Below the pieces are notes generated by a model that saw only the letters and a list, made by a program, of their open reading frames with translations, was not told the origin of the DNA and made no database searches. From contig NC_058368.1 of assembly GCF_018350175.1 (NCBI RefSeq), positions 200,076,001 to 200,140,000 of the forward strand: a DNA stretch of 64,000 nucleotides, written 5' to 3'. Position 1 is the stretch's first letter, and the number at the start of each line of letters is the position of its first letter. The translations under genes were made by a program, and so were the position numbers. Below, piece by piece: positions 49,921 to 62,380 of the stretch. The DNA is from Felis catus. Its lineage: Eukaryota.

Positions 49921-50182
49921 CCATAGAATCTCTAATAGTCCAAACTATAAAGCACCTAGCAGTGGCCACCCCCATTCCCCAACACCACTCCTCCTGCTGC
50001 CCATTTTGAGTTAGAAACATTTACGTGCTCCAGATAAAGGCACTCTAAATGGGTTAAATAAAATACAGGAAAGAAACTACAGCCTATTATCTATGTGTTC
50101 AGGAAAGAAAAAGAAAATGTAAAGGTGAGAGAGACTCTGTCACTAAGAGCATTTAGGCTCTGACACAATAGATACCCTAACG

Positions 50183-50358
50183 CAGCAGTTCTCAGGGTTC
50201 TCGATCTTGGGTTAACACTGGAATCATTAGGGAGCTTTAAAAAATCTTTATGTTGGATCCTACTTTAGAGATTCTGAATTTACTGGTATGGGTCATTGGA
50301 CTTTTTCATTGGAACTCCCAAGGTGGTTACAATATGTGGAAAAGATTATGATCCAGTG
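50183..50358. mobile_element. MER5-like hAT MITE
   Basis: cagcagttctca...cactggaatcattagggagctttaaaaaat...agagattctga...ctcccaaggtg. Confidence 0.6.
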
Positions 50359-50793
50359 CTCTACAAGGTGACATTGATAACAAGGCTCATTCATTCCAGC
50401 CTCCAAACAAACAGCATTCATCTTTGCATCATCCTATTGTTCTAGTGTCTTATACATAATAGATGCTTAGTACATGTTTGGAGAGTTAACTTGATGAGCA
50501 GCAGAATAATGATGTATGTACTGCCCTGGTCCTCTATACTTGGGTACCCCATAATGCCTTTCTATCTTTAACATTCCTGGGAATCTTTTATGCTTCTTTC
50601 TAGAACAAACAAACCCCAGAAAAGGCAAGCATAAGGGAATTTCTCAATTGAGGGATATTTGTGTTCTCCCATCTGTTGCCAGTATTCTCCTTATGTGTAG
50701 GACCTCCATGCTAAAAACACATGGTAATCCCCAGGACTCTCTGAGTCCCTTGGGAAAGTACCACCCCTCAGTAGATTTTGATTCCTTCAGGGA

Positions 50794-50812
50794 AGCTGCC
50801 CTCTGGTGGCCA
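50794..50812 (-). promoter_or_regulatory. Strong CTCF core motif
   Basis: The minus strand reads TGGCCACCAGAGGGCAGCT, a 14/14 match to CCRSYAGRKGGCRS with the typical upstream TGG. Confidence 0.6.
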
Positions 50813-50814
50813 GA

Positions 50815-51055
50815 TAGGCAGCATACCTAATAGTTGAGAGCATAAACCTGGAATTAAGACTTCCTGAGTTCGAACCCTGCTGTTTACTGCTTTTGTAAGC
50901 TGGGGCAAGTTACTTGGCCTCTATGTACATTAGTTCTTTCATCTGTAAACATGAGGGTATAATTGTATCTACTTCACAGGGATGTGGTAAGCATGTGAAA
51001 TACTTAGAACAGTAGCCGGTATGTAGAAAGTGCCAAATAATTTTATACTACCATT
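50815..51055 (+). mobile_element. MIR
   Basis: cctgagttcgaaccc, ggggcaagttacttggcctct, catctgtaaa and tacttagaacagt. Confidence 0.75.
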
Positions 51056-51565
51056 ACAGAAAGAATATTTTCTTAAGTTTATAATGTCTGTAAGCTTCTT
51101 TCAATACATTAGAAGAGGAAGACTTTTAACAAATGTTCATAAAACTGCTTGAATTTTTAGGACTAGGCTAAGAGGATTTTCGGTTGGTTAGAAGATGTTC
51201 AGATGTTGCTCAGAATAGGTGTGGGATTGCAGTGGAGATGGTTTGGTTCTACTACTTGTTCTTTACCTTGTCAATTTTACTTGAGGCCAACCTCACTGGA
51301 CCCAATATGTGGCCAACATTCATATGAATGAAATACATAATCAGTTATTATGAGTCCAGTAGTAATACGGAAGGTTGGACATATTCATCTTTCAGTCCCT
51401 CATTTTCTTTGTTGTTCTTTTGCTTCCAAATAGAAATAAGGAAATAATGGCAGTTAATTCAGCTTGTGAAGAGAAGTTGGTTGATTGTGCAATGATTTTG
51501 AAGAAGTCTACACCTCATTTCCATTTCATCCGGCAAGAGGATGAGAGACAGAGTGGAGTCTTTTT

Positions 51566-51688
51566 GTTTGTTTGTTAATGTAGGCTCCATACCCAGCCAC
51601 AAGGGCTTGAACTCAATTACCTGAGATCAACACCCGAGGGGAGATCAAGAGTTGGATGCTCAGCCAGCTGAACTGCCCAGGTGTCCCT
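51566..51688 (-). mobile_element. Short old CanSINE (SINEC_old-like)
   Basis: taggctcca...gggcttgaactc...gagatcaagagttggatgct...ccaggtgtccc. TSD gagtggagtcttttt. Confidence 0.85.
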
Positions 51689-52794
51689 GAGTGGAGTCTT
51701 TTTAAGTAGGGGGGGAAAAGTGAACTGACACATATGTGCTGGGTGTGTAAAGGAGTGAAATTTATAATTCAGGAAAGCATCCAGGTTATACTTCACAAAG
51801 GTTTAATTTGACAAGGAGATGATAAAATTCAGGTTGTTGAAAAAGGATATAAATGGATAGGAATCATTTATATTAAATAGTTATAAGTAATATTATACTT
51901 TAAAGGTATAAAATAATCTTAATCCAAACAGTAGGGTTACCTCTAATTGGGACCCTGTGGTACAGATCAAAATGCCACTCCTTGCAAAGTTAAGGTCCTA
52001 CTTTAGCTGTACTCTCCAAGAGATCATAGATCAAATGGTAGAATCTGAAGACTAACGATGGTTTATTTCGGGTTTCCAGCTGTGATTTTTCTGGATTTCA
52101 AAATGACTGCCTTTATATTTATTTTTTTTCTCCTGGGAAAGAAGAGGAAAAAACCCTTTACTGCATTCCCACTGTCTAGTATATTAGCTGTTACAATTCC
52201 TATTGGCTGACCTTATGAAAGAGGACACTACATTTGACCAGCTCAGCTTTTCTTCCCCCTTTCTCACTATAGATGTTACTGTACAACACACACTGAATAT
52301 TGGATTAGTCTTTGAGAAGCATTGTAACATGATCTGCACAAAGAGACAAGTAACTCTACACCATTTCCTTCCAAGCTCCAATTGGCACAGATAAAAAATT
52401 CCATTATAAAATTATAATTACAGTTTGTGACTTTCTGGAAAATGCCTCATTTGGGTTTGGCTTAAAAGTTAATCTGCTGTTTTACTAAAAAAACTAGAGC
52501 TGTTTTAACATTCCATTTTTCATGCAGTTATTAATCTATTGATTAAGTTCATAAGACCCCCCAAAATCTAAGAAGATTTGCCATCATAGTTTTATATTCA
52601 TGAGTGATAAACTCATGCTTGGGATTGCTTAGAACATGATTAAAGGTATGCAGAAGAAAACCAAAGGTTTTCTTTGTTCAAAGAACAGACAATTCTCTAC
52701 GCATCTAACTGATTTAAAATCACCAACTCTTTTTCCTATGTTTGTTTTTGTGGACCACATGTGTAATTCAACTAAATTCTTCTAGATGTGAAAA

Positions 52795-52833
52795 AGAAGG
52801 AGGAGGAGGAGGAGGAGGGGGGAGGGGAGGAGA
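52795..52833. repeat. (GGA)n purine repeat
   Basis: Directly visible. Confidence 0.9.
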
Positions 52834-53221
52834 AGCCCTGACACAAAGGGACACAAAATATTTCTATTTGAGGTTATTGCTGTGTCTCAGTTTGCTAACA
52901 GAGAATCACAGAGAGGCTATGTAAGTTTGAGAGAGTTTGAAATATATTGACTAGGGCACTAATGTGGAATTAATGAGTCTCCAAAAGGAGATTGATAGCT
53001 TCCATGTCCTCTCTCTTTAAATCTTGGGCTTGGATGTTTGGAACCCTTCATTATTATGTGAGAAGGTAACCACCCTGGCATTTAGTGAATGGGTGCCAGG
53101 GATGCTAGACCTCCTGCAACAATGGGGTGCTCATGCCAAACTGAAAATGGTTGCACATGTCTTTCAAAAGTTCTATAAGGCATTCATGTATGTGAAAAAG
53201 CACATTCAAACTTTTCTAAGT

Positions 53222-53397
53222 TGTAGTTCTTAAAGTTTGGCCTCCAGACAAACAGCGGCAGTATCATCTGAGAATTTGTTTTAAATGTGCATTTTGGGCC
53301 CCACATTGGACCTACTGAATAAAACTTTCAGGGGTGGGAACAAGAAGTCTATGTTTTATCAAGGCTTCTGTTGAACGTTAATATTTGAGAACTGCTA
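53222..53397. mobile_element. MER5A-like hAT MITE
   Basis: tagttcttaaagtttgg...cagcggcagtatcatctgagaatttgtt...gacctactgaat...atttgagaactgct. Confidence 0.65.
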
Positions 53398-53767
53398 ATC
53401 TAGTTTAGAACTGAAAGTACATACTACTAACTTTGCCAATTTCCCAAGAATGTCAATGCTGTATATGTTGAGAGAAGATTGTCTAATGCCTTGTTCAGGC
53501 CTTTACCAAGAAATGTTGATCATTTAAAAATCACGCTGCTTATGTTACTAGATAGTATTATGTGAACATATGCAGTTATGTTGGTCTGCATGTGTATCTA
53601 TTTTATAGCTTAACTGGTTTAAGTAACTAAACACTTCCTTACATCTTCAAGTATAATAATGGCTATGTGTTTACATATTTAAATATATATTGTTTTATAT
53701 TAAATTACTTTTGTTTATTCTTCAGAGTATAGTTAGGGCATTATGTTGATTAAAAAAAACTGCATGA

Positions 53768-54552
53768 ACTGGTGCAGCCACTCTGGAAAACAGTATGGAA
53801 TTTACTCAAGAAATTAAAAATAGAGCTACCCTATGATCCACCAATTGCACTACTAGGTATTTATCCAAAGGATACAAAAATGCTGATTCAAAGGGGCACA
53901 TGCACCCCAATGTTTATAGCAGCACTATCAACAATAGTGAAATTATGGAAAAAGCCCAAATGTCCATCAACTGACAAATGGATAAAGAAGATGTGATATA
54001 TATATATATGTGATATGATATATATATGTGATATATATAGATATATATATGATATATATGTGATATATATGTGATATATATAGATATATATATGTGATAT
54101 ATATATGATATATATATGATATGTGATATATATAATATATATATATAATATATATATATATTAAATCGTGGCCTTTGCAACAATGTGGGTGGAACTGGAA
54201 TGCATTATGCTAAGCAAAATAAGTCAGTCAGAGAAAGACAATTATATGACTTCACTCATATGTGGAATTTAAGAAACAAAACACATGACCATAGGAGAAG
54301 GGAAGGAAAAATAAGATAAAAACTGAGAGGGAGGCAAACCATAAGAGACTCTTAAATGCAAAGAACAAACTGAGGGTTGCTGGCAGTGTGTTGGGTAGGG
54401 GGATGGGCTAAATGGGTGATGGGCATGAAGGAGAGCACTTGTTGGGATGAGTACTGGGTGTTATATGTAAGTGATGAATCACTAAATTCTACTCCTGAAA
54501 CCATTATTACACTATATGTTAAGAAACTTGGATTTAAATAAAATTAAAAAAA
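53768..54552 (+). mobile_element. 5'-truncated carnivore L1 with internal TA-rich expansion
   Basis: ORF 53772..53996 (QPLWKTVW...ELPYDPPIALLGIYP...CTPMFIAALSTI...PKCPSTDKWIKKM) is the L1 ORF2 C-terminus. The 3'UTR and A-tail follow, with a (TA/TG) tract at 53995-54161. Confidence 0.95.
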
Positions 54553-54559
54553 GTCACTG

Positions 54560-54740
54560 AGTGCAGACTAAAAGCATAGGTTCTGCCGTCAGAACCAAAG
54601 CTCCACTGGACTTGGCCACTCACCTTTGGAGTGCTTTAACAAATGATTTAAACTCACTGTGCTTTTGTTTGTTTATCTATAAGATGGGCATTTGTAAATA
54701 ATAATGCATCAAACATAAAAGAATATAATACAACTGACAG
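54560..54740 (+). mobile_element. MIR fragment interrupted by an LTR (appears to resume ~55355)
   Basis: acaaatgatttaaactcactgtgctt...tttatctataagatggg, then cctagcacatacttagcact after the LTR. Confidence 0.5.
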
Positions 54741-55352
54741 TGTTGAACTTTAACCTGAGTCCTGTGATCCTGGAAAACAGCAAAGATTAAGCTATACCCT
54801 TCCCTTTGTATTTGGGAAAACTGCTTTCTGCAAGGAACCTCCCTCACCCATATGGCATAGATAAGACTCACGGAAGCCCCTTTTTTTTACCCATAACAAG
54901 ACGAGACAAAGACCATCAAATTTCTGCCCCCCCCCCTTTTTTCGGCTCATAACTGATTACCTAAACTGCTTTGTCACCACTGATCAATCAAAACATATTA
55001 ATGCTTGTTCAACAAAGAGGGGTTAAGCTGATCTCCTTCCCCAGGCCTCTGAACTTTGACCTACCCTTGGCCTGAGCCAGTCTACAGCCCCCCTTAGGCC
55101 AGCCTCAGGGTAAAAACACTTTCTGATTTGCTATCCAATCATACCACCTTTTCATCATACTTCCCCATACCTGAATCTCCTAGTCTAGCTCACTCCTCTC
55201 TATAAAAGAAAATGTATTCTTTCCTAATCCTTGAGACACTTGCAGATTTTAAGGTCACCGCTCTCTCCCTGTTGGAACAGTTTCTTTCCTCTCTTTGCAA
55301 AAATCCTTCAAAATAAACTCCTTCCTAATCCCAAATTTGTTTTGTATTTGAA
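54741..55352 (+). mobile_element. ERV1-class solo LTR (MER34/MER39-like)
   Basis: TG start (tgttgaactttaacctgagtcctgtgatcctggaaaacagc), TATAAAAG at 55201, AATAAA at 55312 and the terminal tttgtatttga. Confidence 0.7.
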
Positions 55353-55565
55353 AATTTCCTAGCACATACTTAGCACTATGAAGTTGTTACTTATTATAAT
55401 TTTTACTATGTGATATTTTTACCAGAAAAATAGAAACTTTGTAAACTAGGTTCATGGACTTTTAACCTAAGCTATTTAAGGTAAAATATGCAAATTTATG
55501 GAATATTTAAATTATTCAAAATAACATTACATAAAATTTTAGGTAGAAAATAGTGAGAAAATATA

Positions 55566-55768
55566 CAGGCATATCTTGAAGATATTGCAGATTTGGCTCC
55601 AGACCACTGCAATAAACTGAATATTGCAACAAAGTGAGTCAAGTGAATTTTTGGTTTCCCAGTGCATATACAAGTTATGTGTACACTGTACCGAAGTCTT
55701 TGTTGTATACCATAGTATTATGTCTAAAAAACAATGTGCATACCTTAATGAAAACATTTTATTTTTAA
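55566..55768 (-). mobile_element. Tigger1 terminal fragment
   Basis: TA|caggcatatcttgaagatattgcagatttggctccagaccactgcaataaa matches a Tigger1 terminus. Confidence 0.85.
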
Positions 55769-56524
55769 AAACAAACAAACAAACTGGATGAAGGAAGCTG
55801 TTTTTTTTTTTAACAGTTTTATTTTAGGCTAGCATATTGCACAATTATTTGTTTAAAAGATGGTGGAGAGTTGGGTCTAATAGAATTGAGAACCACTGTT
55901 GTAGGAGATTCATGAGAACCTGTAAAGTTAGTTACGGAATATTGGAGATACCCAAGATCACCATATTTATCTCAGAAAATATCTGGATTCCAGATTTCTG
56001 ATATTCCCTTACCAGAAGAGTTGACGGAGAAGCATTTGAATCCTAGGCAGGAAACTTAATGCCTTACAAACTGAGCTACTACCCATAATGTAAAAGAAAA
56101 ACAACAAAAAGAGGATTGTCCTATTTGCCTCATATTTTTAAAACAAAATAAACAGAACACTATTATTTATAGTGTTCTCTTTTTCCTTCTCTGAAATCCT
56201 CTTTTCTTCTCTTTCTCTCTTTCTTTCTACAGGAAAAGTATTATCATGAGTTAGGTGTTTAGACAATCTATGTGGTTATACGTTCATTGTGTATATACAC
56301 ACTCGTAAACAATAGTTTTATATTTTTTATCTTTACTTAATACCATGTCATATATAACATCGCGCAATTTGTTCTTTTTGTTATGAAGATCTACTCATGA
56401 TATTTACAGATCTCATCCATTTACTGAGTTTTCTGTGTATTACTCCATCCTATCAATATACAATTTATGGAACCTTCTCCTTTTAAAGGATAAATAGCCT
56501 TAATCCATACAAACACATACAAGG

Positions 56525-56525
<1 letters not shown>

Positions 56526-56568
<43 letters not shown>
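56526..56568. repeat. (TG)n microsatellite
   Basis: Directly visible. Confidence 0.97.
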
Positions 56569-56571
<3 letters not shown>

Positions 56572-57757
56572 ATTTCTGGACTAGTCTTTTACATGTTTTT
56601 GTAGTTTATTTGTCTTTTCAAAGACCAGCTTTTGTTTTATAATCACTATTACTCTTTTGTTTGGCTTTTTATATTATTAATATCTACTCTCATCTTTATC
56701 ATTGTCTTCCTCTTCATTTGATTTACTTTTTCTATCTTCTTTAATGTGTAATTCATTGATTTAAATTTTTATATTAAAAATGCATTCAAGACAATAAAGT
56801 TATTTCTAGTTACATTAGCCCCATTATATAAGTTTCAAAACAGTATTTCTGTTATTAAGTTTAAATATTTCAAAATTTCCATTGCAGTTTTTTCTTTGAT
56901 GAATTTGTTTTTCAAGTGTGACTTCAGTTTACATATACACATTGCATTGGTGATAATTTAACTGCATATTGGGCAGAGAACACTAACAATGTAATATTGA
57001 CTCTTTGGGACTTGTCAAATAGAGCTTTCCAACCATAAATAGATTAAAGGTATGTGAATGTGTTGATTTCATCAGCTCTTGGCACAGCAAAGTGGGGCTT
57101 GGGATGGACAGAGCCAGTCACTGCAGCCACAAGCATCGTCAAGGTTGTAAAGTTGGGAAGGACAGACACTATGGTATAATACAGGAGTGATTTCTGTAAA
57201 TGTTCCAAGTACACTTAATACTTGATTTTCTGTAAAAATCAAGACTGTTAATTTTCTTGTTCAAATTCTGTCTATCCTTACTATTTCCTCTGATTTATCC
57301 ATCAGTTTCTCAGAGAAGCATATTAAAAACTCTCACCAGTATTCTGACCCTGGCCATTTTGCTTATACATCTGTCAGGTTTTGCTTTATCTATATTAGGA
57401 AAATGTTGTAGAAGGCTTACAGGTTAATGATTGATATCCTTAGTGAATTATTCCTTTTTGGTTTTATTAATGATTATATCTTAAATTTCATTTTGTTATT
57501 AATATTTCCATATCAGCATTCTTTTGTAAATATTTGCCTAGTCTACTTTTGTGTATTTTCAACTTACTTGTATAATGTTGCTTTTAGTGTGTCATTTGTC
57601 ATCTGAACCAGGACTTTAGAGACTAAAGGGCATGTTACTAATATGTTAGCATAATTGGTGAAATTCACAATGGTCTGGAGCAAACTGGGTCATGTGAACT
57701 TACTGATAAGTAGCATATAACTGGATTTTATTTGCAATAAAATGTGATATTCTATTT

Positions 57758-57825
57758 GTATTTTTTTATTTTTAATGTTTATTTATTTATTTTGAGAGAG
57801 AGGGAGTGACTGTGAGCAGGGGAGG

Positions 57826-57865
<40 letters not shown>

Positions 57866-58013
57866 GAGAGAGAAAGAGAGAGAGAATCCCAAGCAGGCTC
57901 TGTGCAGTCAGCGCAGAGACCAATGTGGTGCTTGATCCCACAAACCATGAGATCATGACCTGAGCTGAAATCAAGAGTCAGATGCACAACTGACTGAGCC
58001 ACCTAGACACCCC
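57758..58013 (-). mobile_element. CanSINE
   Basis: Antisense SINE with a long (GA)n tract. TSD tgatattcta. Confidence 0.95.
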
Positions 58014-58870
58014 TGATATTCTACTTTTAGAGCAGATGTAACCAATTCATAGTCTGCAATTATTGCCTTCTTGGGTATTTATTTGGATATTTTTTTTGTT
58101 TGGATATTTTCAATATAATTTATTGAATTGCATAATTGTATAATGCTGCTTCCCTCCTTTTTTCTCCTTGGTTTCCTCCCTTTTTTTGTTTTTGATTGAC
58201 AGAATTTCTCTCTTTTCCTGTTTTCTACTGGTTTTTAGGTTATCCATTTGATTTAACTTTTAAAATAATGGCTTATCTTAAATTTAACTTGTATATTTAA
58301 CTGAATCTTTATGCCTTTCAATATCTATATAATACAAGGATCTCAGAAATATTTACTTTAATTTATCCCATATTATTGTTGTCTGGTATTTTAATTCTAA
58401 CATGCTTTAACATTGAGTAGCATTTAATTATTAATATATTTTATAGGCAGTAGTTACATATTTACTAACAAACAAAAAAAGTTAATTCCTTGCATTCTTT
58501 CCTTCTGGTTTCAATTTTTTTTCTTGTTGAATCACCTGTTTTAGTATCTCTTTTAACAAAGGCCTACCAAATCATGAACTGTTTATGTATATTTGAAAAT
58601 ATCTGGATTTCATTTTCTAAAGTAAGCACTATTGTTTTCTACTTTCATTTTATAAATGAGTAATCTGAGTCACTGGTTGGATAAATACATTTCTCAGACT
58701 GGGAAATTCTTAAAAGCTACCAACAGTGAAGGCCAAAGGCAATGGAAAATATGATCTGAAGGTAGAATAATTGCTTCTTTAACATTCTATTTTTAGCTGA
58801 CATTCACGGATGAAAAATATGTTGTCTATTTTGCTCTATTGGATAATTAATTTCTTTTTTTTTGTAAGTT

Positions 58871-59050
58871 TTTTTTAAATGTTTATTTTTATTTTTGAGA
58901 GAGCACAAGCAGGGGAAGGGCAGAAAGAGGGGAACAGAGGATCCAAAGCAGGCTCTGTGCTGACAGCAGTGAACTTGAACCCACAAACTGTGAGATCATG
59001 ACCTGAGCTGAAGTCAGATGCTCAACCGACTGAGCCACTCTGGTGCCTCC
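58871..59050 (-). mobile_element. CanSINE
   Basis: Antisense SINE. TSD-like ttttt(g)gtaagtt on both sides. Confidence 0.92.
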
Positions 59051-59400
59051 CTTTTTTTTTTTTTTGGTAAGTTGAAAGATTTTTATTTGATAGTCTGCAG
59101 GTTCATTTAGATGAGTCCGGGTATGGATTTGATTTTCTTTTCCTGCTGGTGACTTGGTGTGCTCCTGCAAGTTGAGATTCCATATATTTTCAATGAAAGC
59201 CTTTAATTCTATTTCTTCCTTCAATAACCCTTCCGAGTGGGCCACAGGACCTTCCCATTCTATCTTTCATGTCTCTACATTTGTCATTTTGTACTAAAAT
59301 CTGGATGATTTCCTTCAGTCAGGTTTTCAGTGTATTCATTTATATTTTCTTTGTGTCTATTCTTGTGTTCAGCTCACTGATATTTCTAAAATTTTATAAA

Positions 59401-59990
59401 TGTGTGCGGGGAAGGGTTATCTCTCCCAGTGTGAGTTGCTTAAACCCTCCACATTTCCAAGAAAGACCTGTTTTCAGAATTGGCCCTTGGACAGCTCCTG
59501 GTAGTTGAACTCTGAGTCCTTGGGCTATTCTTCCTGATAAGAGCATTTTTTTGTATGCTTGGAGTGTTAGGCTCCACAATACCAATTTGATCAGAGAGTT
59601 CGTGCTAACAAATGTGATTCGTGGTGAACCTCTGTTTTTGCTCTGTGGGGATGGGGTCTAAATAGCTGAAATGAGTCTACAGCATGCCTATGTGATTTGA
59701 CATCCTAGAAAACCTCTGGAAACAAGGCTCAAGAGTGACATTTCACATGTGTTATTACACATTGTCGTTGGCATAACTAAGTGCATCTTTGTGCACTGGG
59801 AGGGGACACCTGGAAGCTTGCATCTGTTTTCTCTTGGATTTCACCCCATCTGCCTTTTCCTTTGCTCATTTTTAGCTACAGCCTTTTGCAATAACAAACT
59901 GAAGCCATGAGTATAACTGTTTTTCTGAGTCCTGTGGGTCCTTCAAGTGAATTATTGAGCCTGCAGGAAGTGTTGGGGACTCCCCATATA
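59401..59990 (+). mobile_element. ERVL-class solo LTR (MER21C-like)
   Basis: tgtgtgcggggaagggtta, attggcccttgg...ctcctgg, acacctggaagcttgc and ctgagtcctgtgggtccttcaagtgaattattgagcctg...tggggactccc. Confidence 0.75.
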
Positions 59991-60140
59991 AAATATATTT
60001 CTCTTTCTTACACATTCCACTCCATATAGTCCATTTTCTAACTAGTCTTTTTTCACACTCTTAATACCATGAAAAAATTTTGCTTCTATTTTTCTTGTAG
60101 GCCATTTTAAACTTACTTATTTGAAGCTTCTCTCTGATTT

Positions 60141-60365
60141 AAAAAAAATTGTTTTAATGTTTATTTTTGAGAGCTAGAGAGAGAGAGAGAGAGAGAGCAC
60201 AAGCAGGGTAGGGGAAGAGAGAGACGGAGTCACAGAATCCGAAGCAGGTTCCAGGCTCTGAGCTGTCAGCACAGAGCCCCAGGTGGGGCTGGAATTCATG
60301 AGCTATTGAGATCATGACCTGAGCTGAAGTCGGCTGCTTAATGGACTGAGCCACCCAGGAGCCCC
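60141..60365 (-). mobile_element. CanSINE (SINEC_Fc-type)
   Basis: TSD ttctctctgattt. Confidence 0.95.
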
Positions 60366-60978
60366 TTCTCTCTGATTTTTTTAAACTTACTTTTTCTCAT
60401 TTGCCTGCAAAATTTTCTGTTGTTGATCCTACTGATCCCCTATCCCTCCCCATGATTGCCTAGAATGCAATCATTAGCAGTCAGCTACATATTCAGTTCC
60501 AACTGATTCCTTAGCACTGGTACCCAGGGCTGTAGAAACATCTCTAAAAGGTGGAATTAAATTTACCTACATTAGATATCCAGGAGTTTTTCTGATCATG
60601 GACCAGTTTGTATAATACAATTTCTGTCTGATATGAATTAAAATTTAAATTCACATAGAAAATAGAATTAGAGTTCTGACATCATTTTATAAAAATCTTC
60701 CCCTTCTTTACTTCTCTGGGTTTCAGCAGACATTTTGACTACTTTTCCAGGCTAATGGGTGGCATTTAAAGCCTTTTCTAATCTTTGTTTCATTGGTTTA
60801 GTGAAAGTTGGGAAAGAGTATGGAAGATCTTTTCACCTTCTTCCATGTTTAACTAGACTGTTTCAATGTTTAATGTACTGAGATAACTCTGCTATAAGCC
60901 ATTTTCTTCTAGGTTCAGCTGTCTTAAACCATAAAAATACTTACAGCAAGAGTCCAGTATACTTTTTAAATCAGTTTT

Positions 60979-61159
60979 TTTTACGTTTATTTATTTATTT
61001 TGAGAGAGACAGAGAAAGAGAGAGACAGAGAAAATGAATGAATGAATCCCTGCACCTTCAATGCAGAGCCTGACGTGGGGCTGAAACTCACGAACCATGA
61101 GATCATGACCTGAGTCAAAATCAAGAGTCAGGTGGTCAACCGAGTCACCCAAGTGCCTC
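60979..61159 (-). mobile_element. CanSINE (older, internally deleted)
   Basis: TSD taaatcagttt / taaatcagatt. Confidence 0.9.
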
Positions 61160-61414
61160 TAAATCAGATTTTATGATTTTTAAAATTTTTCCTATATTAT
61201 CTAAATGGCATCTTGTTTTAGTATCAACTCCCCCCCCCCTTTTTATTATATGTTGAAAGTTTAATGTTACACACATAGGTATAATTCTTTTGTGTGTAGG
61301 ATAAGGAGAGCCAAAATTATTAAGAGATTATCAATTTATTATTATTATTGCTATTATTAGTGAGCTCACTCTTCGAATACCATTTTGTCTATCTTAGTTT
61401 CTTCCTTCTTCTTC

Positions 61415-61623
61415 TTTTTTTAAATATTTATTTCTGAGAGAGAGGAGAAAGAGAGACAGAGCATGAGTGGGGGAGGAGCAGAGAGAGAGGGAGACACAGA
61501 ATCCAAAGCAGGCTCCAGGCTCAGAGCTGTCAGTATAGAGCTTGATACGGGGCTTGAACTCACAAACCATGAGATCATTACCTGAGCTGAAGTCAGATGC
61601 TTAATTGAGCCACCAGGCGCCCC
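61415..61623 (-). mobile_element. CanSINE (SINEC_Fc-type), no visible TSD
   Basis: Full antisense SINE with dissimilar flanks. Confidence 0.93.
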
Positions 61624-62380
61624 CCAGATGCCACACTTTAGATAAGCAGCAGAGTGCCCTCTGGCACAGGTGGCACCACTCTAGACAACTAGTCTATATT
61701 AGTTGCTTATAAACCCAGGGTCCAATCTTACTTTTATAATAATTCTTTATTCACAGCTCAACAAAGAATATAAAGAGAGCACTATGCACTAGCTTCCAAA
61801 GAATTTGTATGTCTAATCTCTCAAAAATGTAAATAGTTAATTATAAATATGGTTGGAGGTCAGAAGTATGAATTGATAGAACTATTTCTAAAAGGGGAAA
61901 GAATATTAAAGAAAAAATGCATAAATGGATAAAATTTTAACAAATTCATTCTATCAGTTGCCATGAAGGATGGTATATGGGCAGAAAGTGGATAGATTTC
62001 CCAGGAAGGGATATCAAAATTCTTATACAGCAAGTATGTGAAATTGAAGAGGAAGTCAGAATATCTAAACATTACAAAAACCCTAGGGAATGGCATGGTT
62101 TCAGGGTTTTAAGTGGCCAAAAATATAAGCAAAACTTTAGAAATAAATCTGTAGTTTCATAAAGACGAAAAACATAGATCAAAAGAGCAAATGTTTACTT
62201 TTGGTAAGATTTAGGGGTTATCACTAGTATTTAGATTCAAAGTTAGTATGGAAACAGGTATATTTTGGAATGTTTTTCTATAAACATAACCCTTTTCCAA
62301 TTCTTGTAGCCTTTTTATGGGTGATAGCAGTTATTACCTCTCAAGCATGTGAAAATAAAGGACAGAGACATTAATAAGAC

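Larger units (their letters stand above)
56100..60140 (-). mobile_element. Highly decayed old L1 (L1ME-like) segments, interrupted by SINEs, an LTR and a microsatellite
   Basis: T-rich antisense L1 motifs: ttgtcttttcaaagaccagctttt, ttctgtaaatgttcca, tcttgttcaaattctgtctatccttact, tgtcaggttttgctttat. Confidence 0.55.

Noticed and set aside
3349..60354. Recurrent AWVAQSVK/SAQVMIS ORFs as a gene family, SINE heads as tRNA genes
   Set aside because: All are translations or tRNA-derived heads of CanSINEs. I saw no true tRNA, rRNA or snRNA gene.
61645..61680. Second CTCF-like motif (gtgccagagggcac, minus strand)
   Set aside because: It misses the two leading C positions of the core and is much weaker than the site at 50794.
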